This document shows positions 37,872 through 51,500 of a stretch of DNA of 64,000 nucleotides, one piece after another. Numbering within the stretch: position 1 is the first letter of the stretch; every line of letters begins with the position of its first letter. The notes beneath the pieces were generated by a model. It saw only the letters and a program-made list of their open reading frames with translations. It ran no database searches and was not told the DNA's origin. This DNA is from Paragordius varius (lineage: Eukaryota > Animalia > Nematomorpha). The position numbers and the translations under genes were made by a program. The stretch lies in assembly GCA_964247055.1 (NCBI GenBank), contig OZ176057.1, positions 4,526,001 to 4,590,000 of the forward strand, read 5' to 3'.

Positions 37872-40842
37872 TAATGGGCTATAATTGTGATAAAAATAGT
37901 ATTCTTTGTCCTTAGCCCGAATCGTGAAAATCTCTAAAATTTTATATAAAACGGAAATATTTTGGCATTTAAATGGTAATAAAATTGTAAAAATCAAGCA
38001 GATCACAAATTTTTTAATGTTAACATCCTTGTGATTATCAAAGAGTTGAAGAAAATAAGTATTATTTTGATATCGTGGCCATGATAACTGGAATTTAATT
38101 TTATTTTATTATACATAATTTGATAAAACTTTAACAAAATGGTTTATAATAATTTTGAATGTTATGAATTATTTTATTCAAATGTGAGACTGTTTTTATT
38201 GTATAAATATGTGTAAGTTAATTGCGCATATTTATTGAATATTTTTTAATGTGATATTATACTACACTTGCAAAGTGATTTTTTTAGTTTAATATATTTT
38301 ATTTAATACTTTAAACAAACATATATAACTAATAAATTGTATTATATACCCAATTAAATATATTAGGTTTCTTTTTTTTGCGAAACAAATTTTATAAGCC
38401 AATTTTACTGTATCTTTTGTAATTCAGATGAATTTAAAACTTATCAAATGATTAAAACCATTTCTCAAAAGCTTACTTTATCAAATCCATATTCTTTGAC
38501 ATAAACCTTAGCATTTCAGTTATATTTTGTCTCTTTTTCATAAAAATTGTTATGCCATACTTCAAATTATATACCATTTTTTCTAATATTTAACATTTGG
38601 ATAAAAATATTTTCTGAGGCACTAATAATTACCCCAGGACTGAGCTCTATAAAAAAATTTGTATTAAAGTATCTGTATTCTGATAAATGAAATATATCGG
38701 TATTTTTTGCTTATTATTCCTAAAATCATTCAAGATATTCCTTTTTACCAATGATTGGGAATAAAAAATGTATGTTGGCGTAGAAAACTTTAAAAAAATA
38801 TTTTAACTTATATATATAAAATTTATTCTAAAAGAAAAAAATGCAAAAATTAAATTTATGGGCTTTAAAAGTCGCATTTGAGGTTGAATAATGGGTTAGA
38901 AACGCAAAAACAAAAACTTGCTTAGCGAACTTAAATTCGAATAAAACGAATTTTACGGTGTTTTGTGTTAGAAACGCAAATTTTATTTACATTATCATAA
39001 TGCCGCCAAAGACAATCTGATAACCTATTTTTTCCAAAACCTTTGTTTGTCTTCAAATTTAGTTGATTAATCATTTCCGTGGAAATAATAGACATATTGC
39101 AAGATATTATTAAATTTATGCAAATGTTATACGGCAGACTTTTAAATATTTCCTATCATGATATTTGTTAATGGTTATAAATTATAATAAAAAAAATTAT
39201 ATTCACTCTTTGTGTATAAAAACATATAAGAGTAGCCATGGTGCTCAACAGGGTCGCAAAAAATAGTCTTGTCTCAACGGCAGTAAGCACTTTTAGGGTG
39301 TCTTGAGGACCACAGAAATATATTGCTTTTAATTGCCAGGAACAATAAAGTAAAGAGAAATTAAGTTGGATTAAAGTTACCTTTGCTTTTTTTGTTAACA
39401 AATGCTTTTTCTCTTTCCTGTATGTATATCATCGGTCAATATTAAAGTAAAAATTAGAAACATAAAGTTATTCGCTTTGTTTATCCATTACCGTTAAAAA
39501 ATCTCTAGCAAAATTTTTGGAGATACCTTTAATGATCAATAGGTAAGTTTTTATCAACATGGTTATTACCTTTTTATGTTTTATAGCCGAAAACATTTTG
39601 GGAGAGAGTTGTTTACAAACTATGATAAGAGTTGTTTTGGTTAAAATATAATAATACCCTGTTCTTTTGTATTAAAAAAAACTTATTTTTAAAGCTTTCT
39701 TATTTGTATGTCAAATTCAGATGCTACAAAACACGGTTGAAACAAACTGATAGTAATAAATCAACAAATATAAAAAATTGATAAAAAGATGTTAAAGGTA
39801 AAATGGAAAGTGGTGGCTTTCTGATCCGTTTCCGGAAAACCGGCAGACCCATTCAAATCCAAATATCGAAAAAATATAATCATTAATGAATGCTCCTACA
39901 ATAGCTTCGCCTTTTTTGAATTCGTGTAAAAAACGGTTTTTTTTGAAAAAGAAGTCCACAAAAATCGTGTCTTTGAGACAATATTCCGGAAAACGTGTTA
40001 GACCATTCGATTTCAATTATAATTTTTTCAAACTTATTTTCGATTGCGAACATGGTAGGCTCGCGTATTTAATTTACGCCCTCTTTTTACCCACTCCCCT
40101 TGTAAAATGCCACTTTTTTAAAAAAAATAAGTCCACAAAAATAATTTTTTGATCGATTTTTCGCCCTAGGTATGAGACCGTAAAAATTCAATAAGGATTC
40201 CAGGTATTTTTCTGTTTCAAAGGCAAAAACTTTAGTTAAGCATTTCCTTGATGATAGCTTCTGAGTAAGGAGCTACCCGCGAAAAACTGAACCGTCATAT
40301 CGAAATAGCGTGCTTTTGGGGCTAAATTTAAGAAAACCTATCAGCGTGAAGTATTACCCGTAAAAAGGCAAAAATTAAAGTCGAGCGGTTTTTTAAATTC
40401 CAATAAAAATAATATTATTATTTTAATAAAAAAGGGTATAAAATAAATATAATTCACTTATAATGGTATCAAAAGTTTCATAATTTACGTCTTTTTCTAG
40501 AAATTTTTATGGGATTTTTCGGTGTGCTCATATATAATTCATGTTGAGTCAATTTTCTTTTAGAATTTTTTCGTATAAACTTTATTAAAGGTTCTGTATC
40601 TTCTGTAATGATTTCTATGTAATAATTTATAATTGATAACTTTGTTCAAATTTGTTTATCACGATATGAACAACCAAATTATCCTGTATATAACAAATGA
40701 AGATTTTACCTTTTTCGTATTAATGTATGAAATTGAGAAATTTTTTGGGTTATGACATGGTAAATTTTGTAAAAAGCTCATAAATTAAAAAATGTAAAAT
40801 TGGATTTGGAATCCTTATGATTTCTTGAAGGTTCACGTTCTC

Positions 40843-42566
40843 ATGACTCAGGTTGAACAACAGATTGATTTGAAGCGAGGTTTTTAAAAAAATTAAAAAA
40901 TAGATGTAGATCGGTTGTTAGAAATTTTAGCACAACTTCGTACTGTAGCGCGAGATGCTCCTATACAAAAAATATCGGAGCTTGAAAAGGTTTTAAAATC
41001 CGATTTTTTCAATACGGTCAAAAATGTGTATGAAACCATTTACAATTCAGTTGATATCCCTGGAGCGAACCCTGAAGTAAAAGCCAACGCTACTGCAAAA
41101 GTAATACCAAATAAGGACAAATTTTTTCATATTTGAAAGTCCTATTTAACATTTTATTATAAAATATGTTTTTATTTTGGTATTATTTAAAAACTAATTG
41201 TAATATAATTTTACATTTTGAATTGGTTCAGTTGAATAAACCATATATTAATAAGGGATTTTTTGCAAAAAACTATCTTTGTTTTATTTATTTTTTAATT
41301 TAAAAATTGGAATAATATTTTTATTAGGCAACTATTGCTGCTTTTTCAACTACATCGAACGCAGTTGCGAATTCAAATACTCAAAATACAGGAACTGCAA
41401 ATGGTATATAAGAATTTACTATAAATGGGAAATTTTCTAATAATTATTTTAAAAATCTATTACCTTTTGAGGTGGTTTTTTGATTCAAATAGTAAAAATA
41501 TTTTTATGTTTAAAAAACCAATAATATTTGGAAAAAGATGCGTTCTATTTTATTCTTGTCGCGCATTATTATTAATCTTTTTTTAATTATTTTAAATTGT
41601 AAAAACTATTATCTTAAACTGGCCGCCAAATTCCGCTTAAAACCTACAACCTCAAAAAATTCTTCTGTGCTCTTTAGAAAATATTAAAAATTGTTTTCCA
41701 TAAAAAAACATTTCAATATAATGAATGATTAACAAAATCTATCAAAAAAAATTATTTTTTAAATAATTCTTTTGTAACCATGAATATTATTGATAGTTTT
41801 TATTCATTGGTTTGTTTTTCCATAAACAACTTTTGAATAATTGTTTGCGTTAAATGATTAATATTTATAAAAATACGCCTGAACACAAAGGAATTAACCC
41901 GGGATTGGGTTAAATTTTATGTTTTATAAATGATTTTTTCCAATTTCACGCGTTTCGTTACATATTCCTATAAAAACAATTTTGATTCTACGTATTTTTT
42001 TTTCGAAATAAAAATCAAACTTAAAATAACTAATGTAGAGTTACATTCAGAGTAAAGATTGGATTAGTTTCATTTTCTTGATTTTTTTTAAAAAAGGGTA
42101 ATTCCGATTTTTATTGTTTTTTGGATATCACGTTCCATATAATTTATTGAAGGGAGCTTTCTAGTGCCAGTCTTTCTTTACTTAAATTGTTCTCTATTCG
42201 TGAATTTCATTTTTACAATTATTTTTAAAATATTAACGGTTTTATTGTTTCTACAATAATTAATTCTGTAATGAAATTTTTTCAAAACTTTAATATGCCT
42301 AATCCAATGAATAAAGTTAAGATAACTTCTAAGATAATTTATGAAGAAATACATTAAAATCATTTTTATGGATTATGCTAAATCAGTATGTTTTAGAATG
42401 ATATGATGTAATATCAGCAAAATTTATTATTAATTTGCTGATATTACATCATATAATTCTAAAATCATTTTTAATAAACCGTTTATCACGGCTATAACGG
42501 TTTGAAAATCATTGTAACCTCTATAAAACAGTTTTTTTAGTTCTCACGAATATCCCTTTTAAAATT

Positions 42567-42597
<31 letters not shown>

Positions 42598-45500
42598 CAA
42601 AATAATTTTATGCTTGTCAAAATTAAAAAATTTTTAAGTTTTTTTCAAGTAATACCACATTATCTATCATTGTTTCATGTTTTTTAAAATTCCTATTTTT
42701 TTCTGCATAGACAATAGGAATCGGGTTATTAATTACAGCGGGGTGTTTGGAAAGATGGTGTAGTCAATATATTTTAACATCTAAGCCCTATCCAATAATT
42801 TCAAACATACGGATTTTGAAAAAATTGTGTTTTTTTTTAATTTTCAGTTTTATACTTAAAAAACTTTCCTATCTTTTTTAAATTTTGCTCTTTACCTAAC
42901 TTTTACACGCTTGTTTTACATATAAAAACAATATATTATTAATAATCTTATATATAGTACAAATATCCTTATATTTTTTAAATTTTAGGTCTAACTTTTC
43001 TATAATTTTGGTTGGGTTAAAAAAACACTTTATAAACAAATGTCCTTAATTTCGCCTTATCCTTTTATAGATTTTACTGTACATTCAACACTTTTTTACC
43101 GCTTTTTGGTATAAATCAGGGCTTAGAACCAGTTGGAAAAAAAGTGGAACCGAAACCGGGTTGGTCCCAACCCAATGGAACCGGTTCGTGTTAAAATTCC
43201 AGAAACCGGGTTCCGGTTCTAAGCCTGGTTATAAATATAGAATAATCTTTATGAACAAAAAAATGCTAATTTGCGCCTTAAATTATAACGTATGTATGAG
43301 TTTTTAAAAATTGAAATTTTATCAATAATATACCCTAATACTCCTCTTTTTTTAAACTTGATTAATATTAGATAATAATGATGTTGGTGAAAGAAAAGAC
43401 CAAAAAAGCTACCAAATTCGTACGATCGAAATACCAAAGATAGGTAATGAAGGCTTAGGTTTTAACATTATGGGTGGTCAGGAACAAAATAGCCCAATAT
43501 TTATTAGCCGCGTTATTCCGGGCGGGTTAGCGGACCGCTGTAGTACAGCCGAAACTGGGAATGCAGACAATAGACTTCAGAAAGGCGATTTACTCATAGC
43601 TGTAAATGGTGTGGTATGAATTTGATTTGATTTTACACGGTTATAAAGAAAATGTAAAAGTTACAATCCTTTATTTTATCTCAAAAATTTTATTATTTAC
43701 ACGGTTGGTTTTAATGAAAAAAATGTAAAATTAAAGTTTATTTCATCTCAAAAATTTTATTATTTACACGGTTTTAAAGGAAAAAATGTAAAATTATTGT
43801 TTTTTTTAAAAAAATTATTATTTACACGGTTTTAAAGGGAAAAAATGTAAAATTATAATTTATTTCATCTCAACTTTTATTATTTACACGGTTTTAAAGG
43901 AAAAAATGTAAAATTATAGTTTATTTTAAAAATTTTTATTATTTACACGGTTTTAAAGGAAAAAATATAAAATTATTTTTAAAAAATTATTATTTACACG
44001 GTTTTAAAGGAAAAAATGTAAAATTATAGTTTATAGTTTAATTTATCTCAAAAATTTTTTGTATGGTATTAACAATATCTATCATATTCATCAAAAAGGT
44101 ATAAGAATTACCATAGAGCTCTTGTTTTTTCCATTCTTTAACAGATATTCATACCCATTTAACGCAAAACAAAATAAATTTTTGACATAAAATAAAGGAT
44201 ACTTATTGTAGTTTTTTTTTCAAAAAAATGTAAAATTGACCGGTGTGGTTTTTTCAAGGACATAATAATAATGGCAACAACAGACTTTAAAAGACAAATT
44301 GTTCATTGTTCTAAATGGTATGGTTAGTATAATTTTGCATTTTAGTTTTTAAGTAATTTAATAGGTTAAATTTTGTAAAATTAATTTAATTTCACGTTTA
44401 TTTGATTTTGAGTAACAATTTTTAGGAAATAGCAATATACCTTAAAAATGCAATTCGCTTATTGCTGTAAATGGTATGGTTAGTGTATAATTTTGTTTTT
44501 TTTAAGTTTCATAAATTTAAGGGGTTACGGAAAAATAAATTACAGTAAAAATTGTAATTATACGGGGACAAAACGTAAATATATAAAGACAAATATGTTG
44601 TGTGTTTTTTTTTACAAAAGTGGTGAGTTTAAGGTTTATCAAAGAATATTAAAAAATTGTGGTAAAATATTCTGAAAAATCTCTACGTTTTAGACTTTTT
44701 ATCATGTTTTTTTTTCAATCCTTTAATATGTGTTTGAAAAAATGCCAGGTGGATATTACAAATTTTATCATTTTAAAAAAATTATTGCGGGTGATTTGCT
44801 TTTATTTTTATAATTTGATAGTTAACCAATGTCTGTTGTTGATTTTTTCACACAGTTTAGAAAAAGTAAAAATTTTTTCTTAAAAATGGCTGTAGTTTTT
44901 ATTAATTATTGATATCTCATAGCTGGAGATAGATGTATGTTTTAGTTTTTTTACGGAAAAATTTGGTTCAGTTGCAAACAAAAGTAAAAAAAATCTCAAA
45001 TTCAATAAAATTATTATGAGAGGCGTTTAATTTGCTTATCTAGTGTTTTAATTAATTTTTAACAGTTTTGTTTAAATAGTTACTAGTGTATTCAAATCCT
45101 TATATCATTTTTTTTGCAAATGATCTATTACAACTTAAGTTACTCTTTTATATTAAAATAAATCCCATATCAGATTTCAATTCCACCCTGAAAAAAAACA
45201 TTTTATTATCCCCTTATTATAAAATGGATAAGTGAAAAAAACCGACCATATTACCGAAAATAGAATGCTAAGATTTAAATAATAGAATTATATATTTTTG
45301 GAGTTTTTTTTATAAAATTACCTTTAAAAACACATATATTAAAATATAATACCTTTAAATTGAAATTTAAAATGTTAACCTGCTAAAAAGTAGCATTATG
45401 AATGTTAAAAACTGCCTCTATTTTTCGGTTTTATAATTTACTTATATAAAATCTGGGAAAAGTTTTTTAAATGCCTTATTTGTGAAAGATTTACAGTAAA

Positions 45501-47641
45501 TATTGAAATTATACGGACAATATATAAATCTCTAAAGAGAAATTTTTTTTCAAAAGAAAACATACTTTTTTGAACCTAATTTATCCTATAAATAACATAT
45601 AATTACAATCGTAAAATACATAATTGATTGGTTACCAATGTTCATTTCTATAATATACTGTTTAATGAGTTATATAAAAAAATCAAGATTAAAAAAGTAT
45701 GGTTGTCTTTACGTTATAAATATTTGTCTTTTAATTTTCTTCACGTTTTGTCCGTATAATTTCATTTACTGTTAATATTTTTCCTATATTATTTAGAATG
45801 TTGAAGGTGAAACTCATGAACGTACAGTGGAATTACTTAAAGCTGCAAAAGGTATTTTTTTTAAAAAAAAATTTATTTTATAATCTAAATATTTTTTCTA
45901 TCAATACTTTACAGAATTTATGAAACATTTGTCTACTGTAAAAATTGAAATTAAACGGACAACACCTAAACATATTTAGACAAAAATATTTTTTCAAAAA
46001 GACAAACATACTTTTTTAAATCTTATTTTTTCCCCCTTATAAATTACATTATTACAATTGTAAAATGTAAATAATTTTACCAATATACATCTCTATTTCA
46101 TACTTTGCTGCAATTTCCAATAGAGTAGTTCTATTTAATAAAATCAAGATTTTAAAAAGTATCATTTACGTTTTGGTAAAAATATTTGTCTTTATTTTAT
46201 TTACGTTTTGTCCGTATAATTCATTTTTACTGTGTAAAAATTTAATTCAAACAAACAACTGATTTACAATTTTTGCTATATTGATCTCGCAAATGCATTA
46301 AAATTAATTATTATATTATATTTATATATTTTATGAATATTAGCCCTTTTCCATCCAATTTATAATTGGCCTCAAAAAAGTTTAAGTTAATTTAACATTA
46401 AATATTTCGCAATAGAAACTGAGGAATACGCCTAAAAAGATTATATGATAGAATATTTTTGTTAAAATTTGACCCAATATCATAAATTAATAATATAGAA
46501 ACTAAGAGACAAATATTTTTCCCTAAAAAACGGCTATACCTTTAAAATTTTAATTTTTCTTAACACCATTGCAATTTAATTTTTTAAAAAATTAATTCTC
46601 AAGTTTTTTTGCAACCCAAAACTATTAGTTTATATTAAATTACGAAAAAAGTATGGCAGGTTATCGGAAAAAATATTTTTTTTTTCTATAATACAAGTAA
46701 ATTCATTTTTTTATTATTTTTTGATTACAGTATGCATTTTAATGGTTGCCTATTTCACCCACAATAGTAGGGCATTTTGCAATACAGGAATGTATGGAAA
46801 AAGAAAAGAAATAATTGTTTATACAACATTTTGTTGTATTTTTTCATACATTATTGAAAATTGCCCAATAGTGTGAAATAAGCAACCATTAAAATGCATA
46901 CTTTATAAGGTGTTTATATATTCCACAACATAAAGGATGTTTGCATTCTTGAAAACGATTATACAATATGAATAAGTATACATTCCTAGAAAGTTATTTA
47001 TTATTGCTAAAAAGTAACGAAAACAAAGGGCAATATTATTGGCTTATATCTATTTTTTTGATTTTTTACTATTATTAGCCAATTATACTACCTTTTGTTT
47101 TCGTTACTATTCGGCAATAATCAAAAACTTTCTAGTAATGTATACTTACTCATACTGTAAATTAAATTTTAAAATAATTAGTATATAAGCGTTGTTTACA
47201 GTAAAACAAAATCACAAAGAGGGGGGACGTCCTCTGTAATTACAGTAGAAATTGAAATTATAAAACTTTTTTTCCACAAGATAAACCCCATACTATTTTA
47301 AACTTTTTCTTACACAAAATATTTAACCATTGAAAATGTTATTATATTGACTATGTTACCAATTTACATTTCTATTCCATACTTTGAAGTTGAATTCAAC
47401 AAGTTATATTTTAAACAAAAAACAAGTTTACCGGGGTCTTTTAAAAAAAAATTTTTTTTGAATTTATTTAACGTATAGTTTGTATAATATCAATTTTTAC
47501 TGTAATTCATTGTCAAACACCCGTAGAAAATAAAATTTTATAAAACATTTTTTTAATTTTATGACAGGAAGTGTATGTTTGCAAGTAACGTATGCCCCGG
47601 AATTATTGGAAGAGTTGGAGAGACGTTTTAGTCGAACATAA
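40843..47641 (+). CDS. LIN7: LIN-7/Veli/MALS homolog (L27 + PDZ)
   Basis: Exons 40843-40879, 40904-41100, 41328-41403, 43372-43613, 45797-45851, 47568-47641, in phase. Motifs: [27 protein letters not shown] (L27 end); [30 protein letters not shown]; [29 protein letters not shown]. Confidence 0.96.
43117..43228. mobile_element. hAT-type mini-MITE (112 bp)
   Basis: TIR CAGGGCTTAGAACC..GGTTCTAAGCCTGG, flanks GTATAAAT and TTATAAAT (7/8 match, 8-bp TSD-like), and internal GAACCGG repeats. Confidence 0.7.
43625..44050. repeat. Tandem repeat, ~55-60 bp unit, about 7 copies
   Basis: TTATTATTTACACGGTTTTAAAGGAAAAAATGTAAAATTATA repeated directly after the LIN7 exon 4 donor. Confidence 0.85.
45494..46232. 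mobile_element. Two adjacent Tc1/mariner-type MITEs, family E (further copies ~8457-8747, 31888-32158, 33180-33596, 47244-47503, 62034-62357, 63310-63580)
   Basis: Long TIR CAGTAAAAATTGAAATTATACGGACAAAACGTAAAAATATAAAGACAAATA..TTTTACTG, flanked by TA or degenerate TA. TA|CAGT termini are typical of Tc1/mariner. Confidence 0.8.
46728..46903. mobile_element. Palindromic Tc1/mariner-type MITE, family F (further copies 5164-5348, 8138-8279, ~29500-29675, ~59383-59600)
   Basis: TA|CAGTATGCATTTTAATGGTTGC..GCAACCATTAAAATGCATAC; almost entirely inverted repeat. Confidence 0.8.
46964..47157. mobile_element. Palindromic Tc1/mariner-type MITE, family G (further copies 60253-60955, interrupted, and 61064-61256)
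   Basis: TA|CAGTATGAGTAAGTATACATTACTAGAAAG..AATGTATACTTACTCATACTG|TA. Confidence 0.82.
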
Positions 47642-48527
47642 GAACTACTATTAACTTTAACATTATTTCTTATATCATTGAATAATTTTAATTCTTTCTT
47701 ACGTGGTGACATATTATAATACATATTTTATTGTTTTGTGTTAAACCTTCATAAAACAATAAATTTTTTAGTAAAAATTATTTTTCCAAGAATATTTTAA
47801 ACGATTTTGCGGAATTTATGTTGATAAAACAAATCATATTATTAATTAATTAAACTAAAAATTGTAAATTCTATTTTTACTAATTAAACATAGAAATAAT
47901 TAATATAAAAACTAAATTATTTTTAATTCTTTATGTATATATGAACAAATAAAAATTAAAATAATTAAGTTTATTATCGAATTAAGTTTCACCATTACGA
48001 ATTAGTTTGTTGCTTTCCAAGTCCATAACATAATTTTATTCACTCAATACAATCTTTTTTGTTTGAAGTCCTAAACTCTATTCTTTCATAAAATCAATTA
48101 CTCCTTACAAATCTTTAAAATGACTGACCTTAACCTTTTTTAAGAGCCAAAAAATTGATATGACCTTTAAAATCTGGCTCAGTAATACACCATCTTTCAA
48201 GCAAACGCAACATTATTTCAAACAACCGAATATCTTTTTAAGCAAAGTCAATATTTTTTCAAGCAACGCAATATTATCTTAAGCAAACGCCGCAACATTC
48301 TTCAAACAGAGACTAATGATATTGTTGCAATGAGATAGAAAAATGTTGCTTAGAAAAAATTATAGGTGATACGATTTTTTTGAGGCCAAATTAAATGTAA
48401 AGTTTGCGATAATAATTAGGTAAATTTAAATTAAAACCTATCTGAAGCGGGATAGTTTCAATTTTCACGATAGGGGATAATTAATTAATATATTTTATTG
48501 TCTCTATTATAATTATTCTATAAAATC

Positions 48528-51500
48528 TTATGATTGTTTTTGCCGTTGTCTAGATATTAAATAAAATTTTGATAAAATTTCAGATTCTTTGGACGACATT
48601 TGTTGAAAGTCTTGATCGGTTTTGTGATCATAACCCAATAGGTGACATATTCCATGCACAAGAATAATCTAAATTCATTTTTCACAAAAATATATAAATA
48701 TTATACCCTGAAAATAAAGTGCATGATAAATATATAAATTATGTTTTTCATGTAAAAAATTTTAGAATATTTTTATAAACTATCCTTCCAAATTGCAAAG
48801 CAGCTGATTAAAACGATTAATTATTTATAATATGAAACCTTAATCTATTAATTAGCAGTTCAATAACTTTTTATTTTTTTGCTGAAAATTTTTTGGTTTC
48901 GTACTCCAGAGCTTAGAATAATAAAGTGGTTTTCAACAAGCGGGTAGCATGCAGTATACGAAAAACTTATAAAAAAATTGGAAATTCCATAATTCCCAAA
49001 AATATAGTTTAAGACAAAATAATTGTTGGTTCTGAGAAAGTCTTAGCATATTTTGGCAAGGAATAGAGCAAAAACGGTGAAATAAATAGTTTTTTTGTTG
49101 TATTCTTATTTTTTTAGGTCTTAAGTGTTTAAATTAAATAAAATATATATAATAGCGGCCCGTCGAACTTTTTGGACAAAAATGCGATTCGCAAAGCTAT
49201 TTATGTTAGACACTATACTGATCTAGGGTTTTAAAATGAAATCGGGATAGGAGTGCATAAACAGCTATAGAATATGAATAAATATCCAAAATTTGCTGCT
49301 ATATCAACCTTTAAGGGTTTTTTTCCCAACAAGGAGGTAACCCTTCGGATAGAATTACGCCATGAGCAACGGTCCTGTGCATCATCCATTTTCAGGTTTA
49401 AAATAGCCAGATCGTTTTCCACAATAGAAAACTTTGTAATGGACGTCCTTTACGATTTCGCAAACTTGTAGAAAAATTGACCATGCGGTATAGCCAACTT
49501 TCATGTGGGCGTCGGTGAACATGTCCCGCAAATCTCAGACGATTTGTGCGCAAACAGTCGATAAGCGGAGTCATTTGTAGGACAGTATATGGATCAAATT
49601 TATTATTGTAATTATAAAGGTTTGGGTTTGTAGCATAAAGTATAGTTTTTAGAATTCTCCTTTCCGCTTGTTGTAACTTTAGTGAATTTGTTTTGGTTAA
49701 AGCTATAGCTTCGGTTGCGTAAATTAGAACGGGTCGTATGGTGGTGGTGTACATAGTCGATTTGGATTTGAATGAGATGTATTTATTGTTTATTATACTT
49801 TTGAGTTGGTGGTATTTTGACCAGGCGTTTTTTATACGGTTATTGATGGTTGGTTCAAGGCCCCCACCAGCGCTTATAATGTCACCCAAATATGTGAAAC
49901 TTTGTACTGTTTCAAAAGATTCTTCATTACGTACACTTTGTGGAGGCTTAGTTGGGTTGGGCGTGGTGCAATTGCTGCATATAAAATCGTGATGTAATTT
50001 TAGCGATTTCAACTGAGAGCATTTTTTGTGGACCCATTTTTTACATTTGAGGCATTGGATTGCGTTGGTTTTGACTTCTTTATTACATATTGAGCAGGGC
50101 CATTTAATGGGATTGTATTTATTATTATCGTTCATTAATTTTGTTTTTGATACATTTACCTTAAGTCCAAACATCTCTAGCCGTTCTTTCCACCTCGCAA
50201 GATTTGTCTTTAATTGCACTTCACTGTTTGCCATTAATACCAAGTCGTCGGCGTAAAGGATGTTGTATGGTAAGCCTTGCTCTAAAGGTTTAGAGATTTC
50301 ATCCATAATAGTTATAAACAAGAACGGGCTTAAGAGCGAGCCTTGATGCAGCCCGGAGTTAATTGAGAGTGAGTCGGAGTGCCCTATGCTTGTCGCCACC
50401 TGAGCTTTGCACTCGGTATATAATGACATTATTGATTTAACCATCCATTCGTCAATGCCTTTGTTTCGTAGGGCCCATGGGATTAGAGTTCGGGGTACCG
50501 AATCAAATGCCTTTTCGAGGTCGATAAAGGCATAAAATAAGGGGCTATTTCGAAGGTGTGCTTGTTGAAGTTGTCTTAAGATGAAAATGGCGTCTGTGGT
50601 TCCTTTGTTGGGTAAGAAACCACACTGCATTTCATTTATATCTATCCTATCTTTTAGCTTATTTAATAGAATAAGTTCAAAAAGTTTCATACCATGTTCG
50701 AGTAATTTTATTGGACGATAGGAATCAGGGTTAAGTCTGTCCCCTTTGCCCTTATATAGGGGTATTATTAAGCTATTGTTCCATTCGTTTGGAGTTATAT
50801 TATCGTTAATTATACTATTAAATATATTACACAGTATCGGTGTGCTTAGTTTTAAATCCAAGGCGCTGATCATTTCTACAGTAAATTCAGAGGGACCGGA
50901 GGCTTTATTCCTTTTCATGTAACGAATTCCTTTTTCAATATCAATTTCCGTAAACTGTTCAGCACAACTTAATACAGGGGTAGAACATGGTATAAAAGCA
51001 TTACTATCATTAGTGTTGAATATTTTGTAGAAATGGTTCCTCAAGGTTTGTTTTATTATGATAGGATCATAGCTTATAGAGTTATCGGGTAGTTTGATTG
51101 CTTGTTTTGATAGAGTAGAAGATGAATCTTTTATTGATTTGTATATGGATTGTGATTTAACCTGGGCATCCATTTTCAAGCCCTCTTCATGGCCCTTTTT
51201 GCTCATCATTTCCCTTATTGTTTTCCTACATTTTTTCTTTTCAATGGAATATTCTAATTTGGATTCAACTGTTTTTTCGGCTTTCCATTTCTTAAAGGCT
51301 AACTTTTTCAATTTAATACAATCCTTAATAGCAACGTCCCACCACCATTTGAACTTGATGTTATTTACCTTTTTACAGCGTCCTGCTACCTTTTCCAATG
51401 AATCAACACATAATTGTCTGAAGGTGCTCCAGTTAATAGAGTCTGAATTAGAGACCTTATCTGATACCAGCTTTTTATAGGCTTCCACGGTAGATGGATG

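Noticed and set aside
39200-39330. Minus-strand frame ...SAYCR*DKTIFCDPVEHHG as a selenocysteine-containing exon
   Set aside because: No recognisable selenoprotein motif and no SECIS identified; a single TGA is expected by chance.
42709-42765. Possible extra LIN7 exon (AG|ACAATAGGAATCGG...)
   Set aside because: No donor gives the phase-1 exit needed to join exon 4, and exons 3 and 4 already join in frame.
49738-51480. Plus-strand ORFs 49738..49992, 50026..50256 and 51094..51480
   Set aside because: Antisense shadows of the LINE ORF.
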